Shown: piece after piece, positions 16,828 through 26,138 of the stretch
How positions within the stretch are numbered: position 1 is the first letter of the stretch
How the letters are laid out: every line of letters starts with the position of its first letter
Source: Candidatus Muiribacteriota bacterium
GTDB taxonomy: Bacteria > Muiribacteriota > Muiribacteriia > Muiribacteriales > Muiribacteriaceae
Reading direction: 5' to 3'
NCBI GenBank assembly: GCA_041654635.1
Contig: JBAZDD010000001.1
Location: 1-37,350 of the forward strand
Length of the DNA stretch: 37,350 nucleotides
Translations under genes and position numbers: made by a program
Notes under the pieces: model-generated
Told to the model about the DNA's origin: nothing
What the model saw: only the letters and a program-made list of their open reading frames with translations
The model's database searches: none

Positions 16828-18050
16828 AAAACACGACACTTGATATTATTCTGACAAATGATCTTCATGGTAATTTTCTTGCGTTAAATGCTTCGAATAT
16901 TATTAAACAAAATAGTACAAATAATTGCATTTCTGTAGATACAGGTGATTTATTTTCAAGGTTTTATTCGGGGGAATTGATTATAATGAAAACTCCTGAA
17001 GTAATTGATTTCTGGCTTCCAGGCAATCATGACCTGAGTTCTGAAATACCAAAAATCAGAGATTTTGTACTGAAAGGTAATGTTAAAAAAATTATTTCAA
17101 ATGTCAAACCTGTGGTTGAAAATGATTTTATCGAAAATGTAATAATTGAAATTGATGGAGTGAAAATTGGAATTTTTGGAATAACAACTTATGTCAATTC
17201 TGATTTTTTTAAATTTAAAGATACCGCAAGGACCATAATAGAAAACGTAAAAAAACTTAATGATGTTGATTTTATAATACTTCTCTCACATTTGGGTATT
17301 AATGAAGACAGAAGAATAGCTGAAACAGTTCCTGAAGTGGATTTAATTTTAGGTGGTCACAGCCATACAAGAATGACTTCCCCTGAACTATATAAAAAAA
17401 CACTGATTTTTCATGCTGGAGGATATGGAGAACTTGTTGGGAAAGTTACATTATGCTTTAATAACAAAAAACTTTCAGCTTATTCAGGTCAAAATTATAA
17501 TGTTTCAGAATTTAAAGTAGAAGAGAGTTATATTGAGGAAATTTCAAATTATAAACGAAAATTAAAATCTGTTATTTTTAATAAAGAAAATTTAATATTT
17601 GAAAAATATTCAGATAACGTAATAACTCACGCAGTTCTTCAATCGATTAAACATGAAACTGGAATAAAAAATATCATATTAAACTCAAGTCTTATAAATC
17701 CTGTAATGCTTAAGGGAAAAGTGACTTTTGAAGATTTAAAATACATATTAGGATATCACACTGATTTGTATATAATGTCGGTTTCTATGAAAGATATTGA
17801 AAAAGTATTGAAAAGGTCAACTAAAGACTATTATACAAAATTGCATTTTATTAAAGAGGGGAAAAAGAGAAGTAATCTGGATATGGATTTATTGACCGAT
17901 GTTGTTGTAACCGATTTTCTTGCCCAGGGAGGTCATCATGGCGGTTCTATGTTTCCTGAATTTCGGTTTAAAGATAGAATAAAATTTAAAAAGGATCCAG
18001 TAAAAATTCTTGCTGATTATTTAAAGAACAACTTTGAACATATTGTATAG
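16824..18050 (+). CDS. Calcineurin-like metallophosphoesterase / 5'-nucleotidase family protein (no signal peptide)
   Basis: Ordered motifs TNDLHGN, DTGDLF, PGNHD, LLSHLG and GGHSHT, followed by a C-terminal 5'-nucleotidase-like domain. The TTG start overlaps the upstream TGA. Confidence 0.8.
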   Translation: MKNTTLDIILTNDLHGNFLALNASNIIKQNSTNNCISVDTGDLFSRFYSGELIIMKTPEVIDFWLPGNHDLSSEIPKIRDFVLKGNVKKIISNVKPVVENDFIENVIIEIDGVKIGIFGITTYVNSDFFKFKDTARTIIENVKKLNDVDFIILLSHLGINEDRRIAETVPEVDLILGGHSHTRMTSPELYKKTLIFHAGGYGELVGKVTLCFNNKKLSAYSGQNYNVSEFKVEESYIEEISNYKRKLKSVIFNKENLIFEKYSDNVITHAVLQSIKHETGIKNIILNSSLINPVMLKGKVTFEDLKYILGYHTDLYIMSVSMKDIEKVLKRSTKDYYTKLHFIKEGKKRSNLDMDLLTDVVVTDFLAQGGHHGGSMFPEFRFKDRIKFKKDPVKILADYLKNNFEHIV

Positions 18051-18803
18051 AGAAATGAATTCATCTTTTGAAAGTTGTTCAGGTCTTTTGTTTATAACAC
18101 TTGTATCAAAATCAATATTATTGATTTTCAAATTAGCTTTGACACTCTTTCTTTTGGCTAAAAAAAGTTTTTTTAAAAAATCAAAATAGTTCAAGGTTGG
18201 TGCGAAAGTGTTTTTTGGGATTATTTCAAGGAGACATGAATCTACTCTTGGTCTTGGGAAAAAACTGTTTTTGGAAACATGACTGAAAATTTTACAATCA
18301 CAAGTCGTGTTTAAAAAAATCGTCTGTGCATTTACCGGATTACATTTAACAACCTTGACTGCAAATTCTTTTTGAACCATCACAAGAATTTTTTCCGGAA
18401 GGTTGATGTTTGTAAGCAGTTTTTTTAGTATCTCTGAAGTAACAGAGTATGGAATATTTGCTATTACAGAATATTTTTTATTTATTGGAAGTGCACTTTT
18501 TAAAAAATCCTGCCTGATTAAAGATAAGTTTGGGAATTCTTTTTCAAGTTTTTTAACAATATTATAAATTCTATCATCAGATTCGTATGAAATAACTTTT
18601 TTTTCTGTTTCGCAAAGTTTTGATGTTAAAACACCTGCACCGGTACCAATTTCAATTATTATATCTGAATCTGTATGAGTTGAATATGTTTTCATCATTT
18701 CTAAAATATCATTGTCTTTGAGATAATTCTGACCATGGGTTGACAATAGAGAAAAATTTTTGTTTACTATTTCATTAAAAATGTCTTCGCGTATAGTTTT
18801 CAT
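18021..18803 (-). CDS. rsmA: 16S rRNA (adenine1518/1519-N6)-dimethyltransferase
   Basis: HGQNYLKDNDIL, SAM-binding IIEIGTGAGVLT, and VIANIPYSVTSEIL (the NIPY motif). C-terminal RPEQLSKDEF. Confidence 0.93.
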   Translation of the reverse strand: MKTIREDIFNEIVNKNFSLLSTHGQNYLKDNDILEMMKTYSTHTDSDIIIEIGTGAGVLTSKLCETEKKVISYESDDRIYNIVKKLEKEFPNLSLIRQDFLKSALPINKKYSVIANIPYSVTSEILKKLLTNINLPEKILVMVQKEFAVKVVKCNPVNAQTIFLNTTCDCKIFSHVSKNSFFPRPRVDSCLLEIIPKNTFAPTLNYFDFLKKLFLAKRKSVKANLKINNIDFDTSVINKRPEQLSKDEFISLYNMFKVVL

Positions 18804-18923
18804 GATTTCATATTATAACACATTTAAATTATTAAAAAAAAATAAAAAAATTATTTAAAAATAAATAATTATGTGTTAAAATACGATAATAATATAATAA
18901 TTACAGTACTGGACTTTATTTAT

Positions 18924-21146
18924 ATGAAAAAAAACGTATATTTTGAAGATGAATCTGTTCGCATATCAATGCAGACAAAACTTATGATACTATTTCTTAT
19001 TGTTGGAATTATTCCCTTGATAATACTTGGTTACAGAGCTTTTAACGACCAGAAAATTGTTATCAGAGAGCTTATTATAACCTCTAACTCAGGTATTGCA
19101 AACGTTGTTGCTCAGGAACTTAATCATAAAATTATCACTGTTCATCAGATGTTGAATTCTACCTCAAGAATACCAAGTTTTCAGGATGATAATTTTGGTG
19201 AAGAAATTGAAACAATTTTAAGAACAACAATAAAAAATTTTCCTATTTTCAATGCACTTTATTATATTGACAGATACGGAACAAAAGGTATGGCAGCTTA
19301 TGATGATTTTGGTGTAAAGGTTGAATCTCTTGAAAAAATAACTGAAATTGACCCTAATGTTTTAAAATACTGGTATCAGGGTATCGTCCGTGGAGCAAGT
19401 GTAAGTAAAGGCTTTTATTCAGATGTATATTTTAAAAAAAATAATAAAATTATGAGTGATGATGTTGTTGAACCTTTCCAGTTAATGGGAGTTTATGTAA
19501 AAGATAAACTTTCAGATATGATTGGAGTTCTTATAGCTGAAATAAAACTCAGTGAAATATGGGAAGTTGTAAACAGAATAAAATTTGGAGAAACTGGTTT
19601 TGCTTTTGTTGTTGATGATAAATCAGGATTTCTTATTGCTCATTCAAACGATAAAATAAATCCTGGAATTAAACTGCTTTCTGAAGATAAAATTCAAGAA
19701 ATTAAATCTTTTGGTCTCGGGGGCTCTACAACTCTTGACAGATATTCAAGAACGCTGAAACTTGTTTCATACGTTCAGACTGAACTTTACACCAAAGGTA
19801 ACGTTACAGATATTAAAGAATTATTTACTCCCGACTGGGGTGTTGTTGTAGAACAGACTGAAAGAGAAGCTTTTGAACCAGCAAAAAGACTTATGTTGAA
19901 AATTATTTTCATAGTTGTTCTTGGAACCATGCTGGCAGTTCTTCTGGCTATATTATTTGCTCATGGTATTACACGTGCGATGAAAACTCTGCATGTAGGA
20001 GCTTTAAATATTGCAAACGGGGATTTAACTCAGGAGCTTTTTATTGAATCTGAAGATGAAATTGGTGAGCTTGCAAGAGCTTTTGATAAAATGAGAATTA
20101 ATCTTCGAAAAAAAATTAATGATTTAAAAATTCTATATGAAATAAGTCAGACCATAAGCGCAATACTTGATTATAAAGAATTAATGTCAAAAATAATGGA
20201 TGTTACTGTAAAAGTTCTTGAAGCTGAAAAAGGTTCAATAATGCTTTTTGATGATGAGTCAGAAATGCTTACCATCGAAGCTTCTTATGGATTACCGACA
20301 GATATTAAAAGAGATACTTTTATTAATCCGAATAAAGGTATTGTTGCATGGGTTCTTAGAACAGGAAAACCTCTTCTTATTTATGATACGATGAAAGAAG
20401 CTGGATTTGAAAAAATGAAAGGAAGAAAAGTTGAAAGTGGAACACTGCTTTCCGCTCCACTCAAAGTTAAAGATAAAATTCTTGGTGTTATTAATATTTC
20501 TAAATCAATACCAAATACTTATACTGAAAGTGATAAGGAGCTTTTTACTGCAATCGTGCTTCAGGCTGCCATCGCTATCGAAAAAGCTATTTTATACCGA
20601 CTTGCAATTACAGATGGTATGACAAAACTATATATTCACAGATATTTCCAGCAGAGATTTGATGAAGAACTTGCACGTGCAATAAGATATAAAAAACCAC
20701 TTTCTCTTATAATGTTTGATATTGACCATTTTAAAAATTTCAATGACACATATGGACATCAGGTTGGAGACAAAGTATTAAAAATTGTTGCAAGACTGAT
20801 TGAAAAAAGTATAAGAGACGTTGATATTGCCGCAAGATATGGTGGTGAAGAGTTTGCAATCATACTACCCGAAAAGGATTGTGAGGCTGCTGCAATCCCT
20901 GCTGAAAGAATAAGAAAAAATATTGAAGATAATGAATTTTATGTTGAAGATAAAATAGTTCCAATAAGAGTAAGTCTTGGGGTTTCATCGTATCCGGAAC
21001 ATTCAGATAATAAAGCAGAATTAATAGAATTTGCGGATACAGCTCTTTATTATTCAAAAGAGACAGGCAGAAACCGATATACATTGTTCTCGCCTGAAAT
21101 ACTTGAAAAATTAAATAAAATGAAGTGTGAAAAAAAGGGAGAATAG
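18924..21146 (+). CDS. Membrane sensor diguanylate cyclase: periplasmic Cache-like domain, TM, HAMP, GAF, GGDEF
   Basis: TM helices at LMILFLIVGIIPLIILGY and IIFIVVLGTMLAVLLAILFA. HAMP segment NIANGDLTQELFIESEDEIGELARAFDKM. GAF segment LEAEKGSIMLFDDE...GVINISK. Active site RYGGEEFAIILP, with an I-site RDVD five residues upstream. The start could be the ATG at 18924 (chosen), the ATG at 18969 or the GTG at 18873. Confidence 0.9.
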   Translation: MKKNVYFEDESVRISMQTKLMILFLIVGIIPLIILGYRAFNDQKIVIRELIITSNSGIANVVAQELNHKIITVHQMLNSTSRIPSFQDDNFGEEIETILRTTIKNFPIFNALYYIDRYGTKGMAAYDDFGVKVESLEKITEIDPNVLKYWYQGIVRGASVSKGFYSDVYFKKNNKIMSDDVVEPFQLMGVYVKDKLSDMIGVLIAEIKLSEIWEVVNRIKFGETGFAFVVDDKSGFLIAHSNDKINPGIKLLSEDKIQEIKSFGLGGSTTLDRYSRTLKLVSYVQTELYTKGNVTDIKELFTPDWGVVVEQTEREAFEPAKRLMLKIIFIVVLGTMLAVLLAILFAHGITRAMKTLHVGALNIANGDLTQELFIESEDEIGELARAFDKMRINLRKKINDLKILYEISQTISAILDYKELMSKIMDVTVKVLEAEKGSIMLFDDESEMLTIEASYGLPTDIKRDTFINPNKGIVAWVLRTGKPLLIYDTMKEAGFEKMKGRKVESGTLLSAPLKVKDKILGVINISKSIPNTYTESDKELFTAIVLQAAIAIEKAILYRLAITDGMTKLYIHRYFQQRFDEELARAIRYKKPLSLIMFDIDHFKNFNDTYGHQVGDKVLKIVARLIEKSIRDVDIAARYGGEEFAIILPEKDCEAAAIPAERIRKNIEDNEFYVEDKIVPIRVSLGVSSYPEHSDNKAELIEFADTALYYSKETGRNRYTLFSPEILEKLNKMKCEKKGE

Positions 21147-21153
21147 TTTTTAA

Positions 21154-22653
21154 ATGAATTTTACAAGATATATGTTAATAAACATTCTTAATTCTGTTAT
21201 ATGGTTTCTTTTTTCATTCCGACTTTCCAGCAATTACAGCTGGATTTTCTGGATTTTCACAGCATTTTTTTTCATAACAAACACTATATATTTCTGGAAT
21301 AAAAATGATGATGAAGTATTTCAACGAACCGACACTTCTTTGTACATGACTTTTAACAATGGGGTTATGACTCTGGTGTTTTTCATGTTTATGACTGAAA
21401 TCGAACTTATTTATAAATTTCTGGCCATAGCACTTTTTCTTTTTATTGCACTTATTGCAACCAATTCAAGAAATGGTGACAGAAAAGATGTGTTTGAACT
21501 GAAAAATTTACTTGATTCAAAAATTCAGGAATTAGGTGAACTTCACAACATAAGTTCTGCCATAAACAGCATATTAGACCTTGAAAGATTGCTTGATATG
21601 GTTTTGTCAGTAACAGTAGATGTTTTAAAAGTTGGAAGAGTAAGTCTTTTTCTTTTTGATGAGGATAAAAAAAATCTTATACTTAAAATCAGTAAAGGGT
21701 TGAAAAAAGAGCTTATAAATAATCTTAAAATAAAAATAGGTGAAGGAATTATTGGAAAAGTTGCTGAAACAGGAAAACCACTTCTTATAAAAAATATTGA
21801 AAAAGAAATGCCAGAGCTTATTGAAAAATCAAAACATAATGAAAATCAGGATGAAAATAAAAAAGAGCATTATAAAACAAATTCTTTTCTATGTGTTCCC
21901 CTGAAAATTAAAAATGAAACTATTGGAGTTTTAAGCGTTAATGATAAAAATAATAATGAAATTTTTAACGAAAATGATCTTGAACTACTTACAATTCTTT
22001 CATCCCAGATAGCTGTTGCAATAGAAAATGCAAATCTTTATGATACAATGAAAGACAGTTATAAAAGTACAATCAAAGCACTTTCAAATGCTCTTGATGC
22101 AAAAGATTCCTATACTGGTGGTCATTCTTCCCAGGTAACAAAATACGCACTTCCTATTGCACTGGATTTAGGATTTGATAAACATTTTATTGAAAGACTT
22201 GAATACGCTGGGATGCTTCATGATATAGGTAAAATAGGAATTATTGAAACAATTTTGAATAAAAATGGAAGACTTACAGAAGACGAATTTGATGTAATTA
22301 AAAAACATCCAGTGATTGGTGCTGACATTTTAAGTTCAGTTTCTTTTCTTGAGGATATAGTTCCCATTGTAAGATATCATCATGAAAGATGGGATGGTAA
22401 TGGTTATCCTGAAGGTCTGAAAGGCGAAGATATACCTGTAGGTGCCAGAATTATTGCTGTAGCAGATACATTTGATGCTATGACCTCAGATAGACCATAC
22501 AGAAAAGGGCTTCCAGCAGAAATCGCAAGAGCTGAAATTGAAAGATGTTCTGGAAGTCAGTTTGACCCGGCGGTTGTTAAATCATTTTTAAAACTTTTTG
22601 ATGAAGGAAAAATTGTTGTTGAAAAATATGAATCTAAAAACAGGTGGTTTTAA
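21154..22653 (+). CDS. Membrane-anchored GAF/HD-GYP c-di-GMP phosphodiesterase
   Basis: N-terminal hydrophobic helices. GAF segment (KIGEGIIGKVAETGKPLLI...GVLSVNDKNN...IAVAIENANLY). HD-GYP motifs GGHSSQV, MLHDIGKIGI and HHERWDGNGYPEGL. Confidence 0.92.
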   Translation: MNFTRYMLINILNSVIWFLFSFRLSSNYSWIFWIFTAFFFITNTIYFWNKNDDEVFQRTDTSLYMTFNNGVMTLVFFMFMTEIELIYKFLAIALFLFIALIATNSRNGDRKDVFELKNLLDSKIQELGELHNISSAINSILDLERLLDMVLSVTVDVLKVGRVSLFLFDEDKKNLILKISKGLKKELINNLKIKIGEGIIGKVAETGKPLLIKNIEKEMPELIEKSKHNENQDENKKEHYKTNSFLCVPLKIKNETIGVLSVNDKNNNEIFNENDLELLTILSSQIAVAIENANLYDTMKDSYKSTIKALSNALDAKDSYTGGHSSQVTKYALPIALDLGFDKHFIERLEYAGMLHDIGKIGIIETILNKNGRLTEDEFDVIKKHPVIGADILSSVSFLEDIVPIVRYHHERWDGNGYPEGLKGEDIPVGARIIAVADTFDAMTSDRPYRKGLPAEIARAEIERCSGSQFDPAVVKSFLKLFDEGKIVVEKYESKNRWF

Positions 22654-23411
22654 TGTATATTGATTCTCATGCCCATATTACTCATGAAAATTTTGATGCC
22701 GACCGTGACGAAGTCATAAACAGAGCCATTGAGAATAAAATAGAAAAAATTATTAATGTATCATACGATCTTGATACCATGATGGATACTTTAAAAATTG
22801 TTGAGCAGTATGATTCAATTTATGGAACACTGGGAATTCACCCACATCATGCTGATGATTTTGATGATTCAATTCAAAATTATCTTATAAACTACCTTAA
22901 ATATAGAAAAATAATTGCGCTGGGAGAAATCGGACTTGATTATTTCAAATGTTATTCAAAAAAAGAAAATCAGATCAGTGCTTTTGAAAAACAGCTTGAA
23001 ATTGCAAAAAAATTTGAAAAACCAGTTGTTATTCACTGTCGAGACGCTTATGATGAAACTCTCAGCATTTTAAAAAATTCAAATATAAAACACGGGGTTA
23101 TGCACTGTTTTTCAGGCAACGAGAAACAGGCTGAAGATTTTCTTGAACTGGGATTGCATATTTCTTTTACAGGCACAGTAACGTGGAGAAAAAGCGATGT
23201 TTTACCGGTAAAAATTGTTCCAAAAGACAGACTGCTTCTTGAAACTGACTGCCCATACATGACACCTTCTCCAAATCGCGGAAAAAGAAATGAACCAGCA
23301 TTTATCATACACACAGCACAGAAAATTGCCGATATCAGAAATGAAAGTATTGAAGAACTCAGCAGTAATTGCTTTCAGAATACTTTAACACTTTTCAGGG
23401 GGTTGGATTAA
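22653..23411 (+). CDS. tatD: TatD-family metal-dependent hydrolase/DNase
   Basis: The ATG overlaps the upstream stop (TAATG). Motifs YIDSHAHI, GEIGLDY, VVIHCRDA, VMHCFSG and LLLETDCPYMTP. Confidence 0.92.
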   Translation: MYIDSHAHITHENFDADRDEVINRAIENKIEKIINVSYDLDTMMDTLKIVEQYDSIYGTLGIHPHHADDFDDSIQNYLINYLKYRKIIALGEIGLDYFKCYSKKENQISAFEKQLEIAKKFEKPVVIHCRDAYDETLSILKNSNIKHGVMHCFSGNEKQAEDFLELGLHISFTGTVTWRKSDVLPVKIVPKDRLLLETDCPYMTPSPNRGKRNEPAFIIHTAQKIADIRNESIEELSSNCFQNTLTLFRGLD

Positions 23412-24109
23412 TGGCTGACGGCGCTGGGGAACATCTTGAAAAATTAGAGCAGGGGTTGAACCTTCTTATTGAGGTTAAATCTGGTCTTTTCAGGGGAAAC
23501 TATCTTTCATCAATTGTTAAAATTGTGAAAAATCAGGAATTATACATACAGATACCTGAAAACAATGATGGAACTCAGGTTAAATTCTGGCCAAAAACTC
23601 TTTTAAGCCTGAGTTTCTTCAGAGAAAATGAACCAGGTGCTATTTACATATTCAATGAACCTTTAATAAGAATTGAGGAAGGTGTAAAGCCAAATCTTGT
23701 AATAGATTTTCCAAAATCTATAGAAAGAATTCAGCGAAGAAACTATGTAAGAGTTGATGTCAGACTCCCGTTTTATTATCAGAAATATACATTAAGCGAA
23801 GAACCGGAAATTATTCCAATTTTGAAAAAAGGTTATATTATGGACGTTTCAGGGGGTGGAGTTTTTCTCAGAACTCCTGAAAAAATGGAAAAAGATCAGT
23901 TTGTTCAGACAAAATTCAAGCTTGGTGATGAAGAGTTTGATATAAAAGGTAAAATAATGAGAGCAATATCGATAAGACGCGGAAAATCTGTAATGTATAA
24001 ATATGGAATAAATTTTGAAGAAATAATTGATATGGTTAGAAGAAAAATAATAGGTTATGTTTTTGATGTTGAACGTTCAAATATCAGAAAACAGAAAGAG
24101 GCTTACTGA
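23411..24109 (+). CDS. PilZ-domain c-di-GMP receptor with a YcgR-like N-terminal domain
   Basis: The ATG overlaps the tatD stop (TAATG). PilZ motifs QRRNYVRV (RxxxR) and DVSGGGVFL (DxSxxG), preceded by a roughly 110-aa PilZN-like domain. Confidence 0.8.
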   Translation: MADGAGEHLEKLEQGLNLLIEVKSGLFRGNYLSSIVKIVKNQELYIQIPENNDGTQVKFWPKTLLSLSFFRENEPGAIYIFNEPLIRIEEGVKPNLVIDFPKSIERIQRRNYVRVDVRLPFYYQKYTLSEEPEIIPILKKGYIMDVSGGGVFLRTPEKMEKDQFVQTKFKLGDEEFDIKGKIMRAISIRRGKSVMYKYGINFEEIIDMVRRKIIGYVFDVERSNIRKQKEAY

Positions 24110-24546
24110 TGAAAATTAAAATAAATATTATTGATGAAAAAAACTTTATCAGTCCTGAGTATATGTCTGAAAATGCTGCCGGAGCTGATATTTATTCCTG
24201 TGTTGATGAAAATATTTTAATAAAACCAAATTGCAGCGCGCTTATTCCCTGTGGATTCTCAATGGAAATCCCCCATGGTTATGAAGTGCAGATAAGACCT
24301 CGAAGTGGTCTTGCTTTTAAAAACTGTATAACCGTACTTAATTCTCCGGGAACAATTGATTCAGATTATCGTGGAGAAGTTAAAGTTATTCTTATCAACC
24401 ATGGGAAAGAAGATTTTACAGTAACAAATGGAATGAGAATAGCTCAGATGATTGTCAATAAAGTTGAGAAAGCTCAATTTGAAATTTCTGACAATTTATC
24501 TGAAACAGGTAGAGGCAGTGGTGGATTTGGTCATACCGGAGTATAA
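24109..24546 (+). CDS. dut: dUTP diphosphatase (trimeric dUTPase)
   Basis: The five dUTPase motifs: AAGADIY, IRPRSGLA, SPGTIDSDYRGEV, RIAQM and GRGSGGFGHTG. Confidence 0.95.
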   Translation: MKIKINIIDEKNFISPEYMSENAAGADIYSCVDENILIKPNCSALIPCGFSMEIPHGYEVQIRPRSGLAFKNCITVLNSPGTIDSDYRGEVKVILINHGKEDFTVTNGMRIAQMIVNKVEKAQFEISDNLSETGRGSGGFGHTGV

Positions 24547-26138
24547 TGAATAACGTTCAGAAGCTTGAAAAAGAGAATAGAGAACTAAAACATGCGTTAG
24601 ACAACTTGATTATTAACTTCAATAAGCTGTCAAATAGATTTCTTCATTCAACCACACTTGAAGAAAGTCTTGATGCAATTTTCGATCTTTTTTTTGAAAT
24701 GTTTACCTATGAAGAAATTGCAGTTTATTTAATGAAAGACAATTTTGAACTTGTAAAATACAGAAATTTATCCGAAGAATCCTATGAAGAAGTATCAGAT
24801 ATTCAGGAAGAAAACATATTTGACTGGGTTATTCTTCAAAATAAGAGAATAATATTGGACAGAAAATACAAGGAAGGAAGTTATATATTTCTTCCTCTAA
24901 TAATGAAAAATCGCTCGCTTGGTATTCTGCTTATTGGAACAGCAAAAGACAGTAACAATCTTACAAAAGAAGAACAGGACATTCTTGATATAATATCAGC
25001 TCAGGTAACCGTTTCAATTGAAAATTCAACATTATATTCTTCAATTGATGATCAGAAAAGAAAACTTGATAATATTAAAAATTATCTGAATAATGTTATT
25101 GAAAATTTTAACGAAGGTCTTATTGTAGTTGACAACGATTATATTGTAACCACAATAAATAAGGCAGCCGAAACTTTTCTTGGATTTACAAAAAAAGATA
25201 TTCTGCTGAAAAACATAAGACTTTTTTATTCAAACTGGTTTACACCTGAATTTTTTGAAAAAATTGCCCAATGTCTTCATGACAGTGAAATAAAAAATCA
25301 CATGGTGGAACTTGCGGGGAAATACCTGAAATTTACAATACTTCCATTTGAAGGAATTCATAAAAACATTACAGGGGCAATAATTCATATTGAAGATATT
25401 ACAACTTCAATGGAACTTGAAAAATTAAAAGAAATTGATGATTTTAAAGATCAGGTTATTTCAAACGTTTCACATGAACTTAAAACTCCTCTTACTTCGA
25501 TAAGAGCTTATACAGAAACTTTGCTTGAGATAATCGCATCTGATAAAAAAGGCTATCCTGAAGAATTTAAAGAATTTTTATCCGTAATCAACGATGAAAG
25601 TGAAAGATTATTGAATCTTATAGTAGAAATTCTTGATACTTCAAAGCTTGAATCGGGAAATGTTTCATTAAATTTGGTAAATCTTGATATAGGTGTTATA
25701 ATTAACAAAATCATTACAGGAATAGATTATTTAATTAAAGAAAAAAAAATCACAGTAGTAAAAAAATACAGCGATCAGGAAAATTTTGTTATCAAAGCTG
25801 ATTTAATAAAACTTGAACAGGTTTTTTATAACATAATAAGTAATGCGATAAAATATAATAAAGATGGCGGTAAAATAATTATTTCTTTAACTAAACAGAA
25901 AAAATCTGTTAAAATAGAAGTTGAAGACACCGGAATTGGAATTGCTGAAAAGAATCTGGAAAAACTTTTTGAAAAATTTTTCAGAGAACAGTCTGAACAC
26001 ACTGATAAAATTGGAGGATTCGGATTGGGACTTAATATTGTGAAAAATATAATAGACCTGCACCAGGGTTTTATTACATTTAAATCGGAAAAAGGGAAGG
26101 GAACAAAAGTAATTATTAAATTTCCTTATGAATTATGA
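24546..26138 (+). CDS. Cytoplasmic sensor histidine kinase: GAF, PAS, HisKA, HATPase_c
   Basis: GAF segment (SLGILLIGTAKDSNN...VTVSIENSTLY). PAS segment (VIENFNEGLIVVDNDYIVTTINKAAETFLGF). H-box VSHELKTPLTSI. N-box ISNAIKYN. G-boxes EDTGIGI and GGFGLGLNIV. No TM helix. TAATG overlap with dut. Confidence 0.9.
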   Translation: MNNVQKLEKENRELKHALDNLIINFNKLSNRFLHSTTLEESLDAIFDLFFEMFTYEEIAVYLMKDNFELVKYRNLSEESYEEVSDIQEENIFDWVILQNKRIILDRKYKEGSYIFLPLIMKNRSLGILLIGTAKDSNNLTKEEQDILDIISAQVTVSIENSTLYSSIDDQKRKLDNIKNYLNNVIENFNEGLIVVDNDYIVTTINKAAETFLGFTKKDILLKNIRLFYSNWFTPEFFEKIAQCLHDSEIKNHMVELAGKYLKFTILPFEGIHKNITGAIIHIEDITTSMELEKLKEIDDFKDQVISNVSHELKTPLTSIRAYTETLLEIIASDKKGYPEEFKEFLSVINDESERLLNLIVEILDTSKLESGNVSLNLVNLDIGVIINKIITGIDYLIKEKKITVVKKYSDQENFVIKADLIKLEQVFYNIISNAIKYNKDGGKIIISLTKQKKSVKIEVEDTGIGIAEKNLEKLFEKFFREQSEHTDKIGGFGLGLNIVKNIIDLHQGFITFKSEKGKGTKVIIKFPYEL

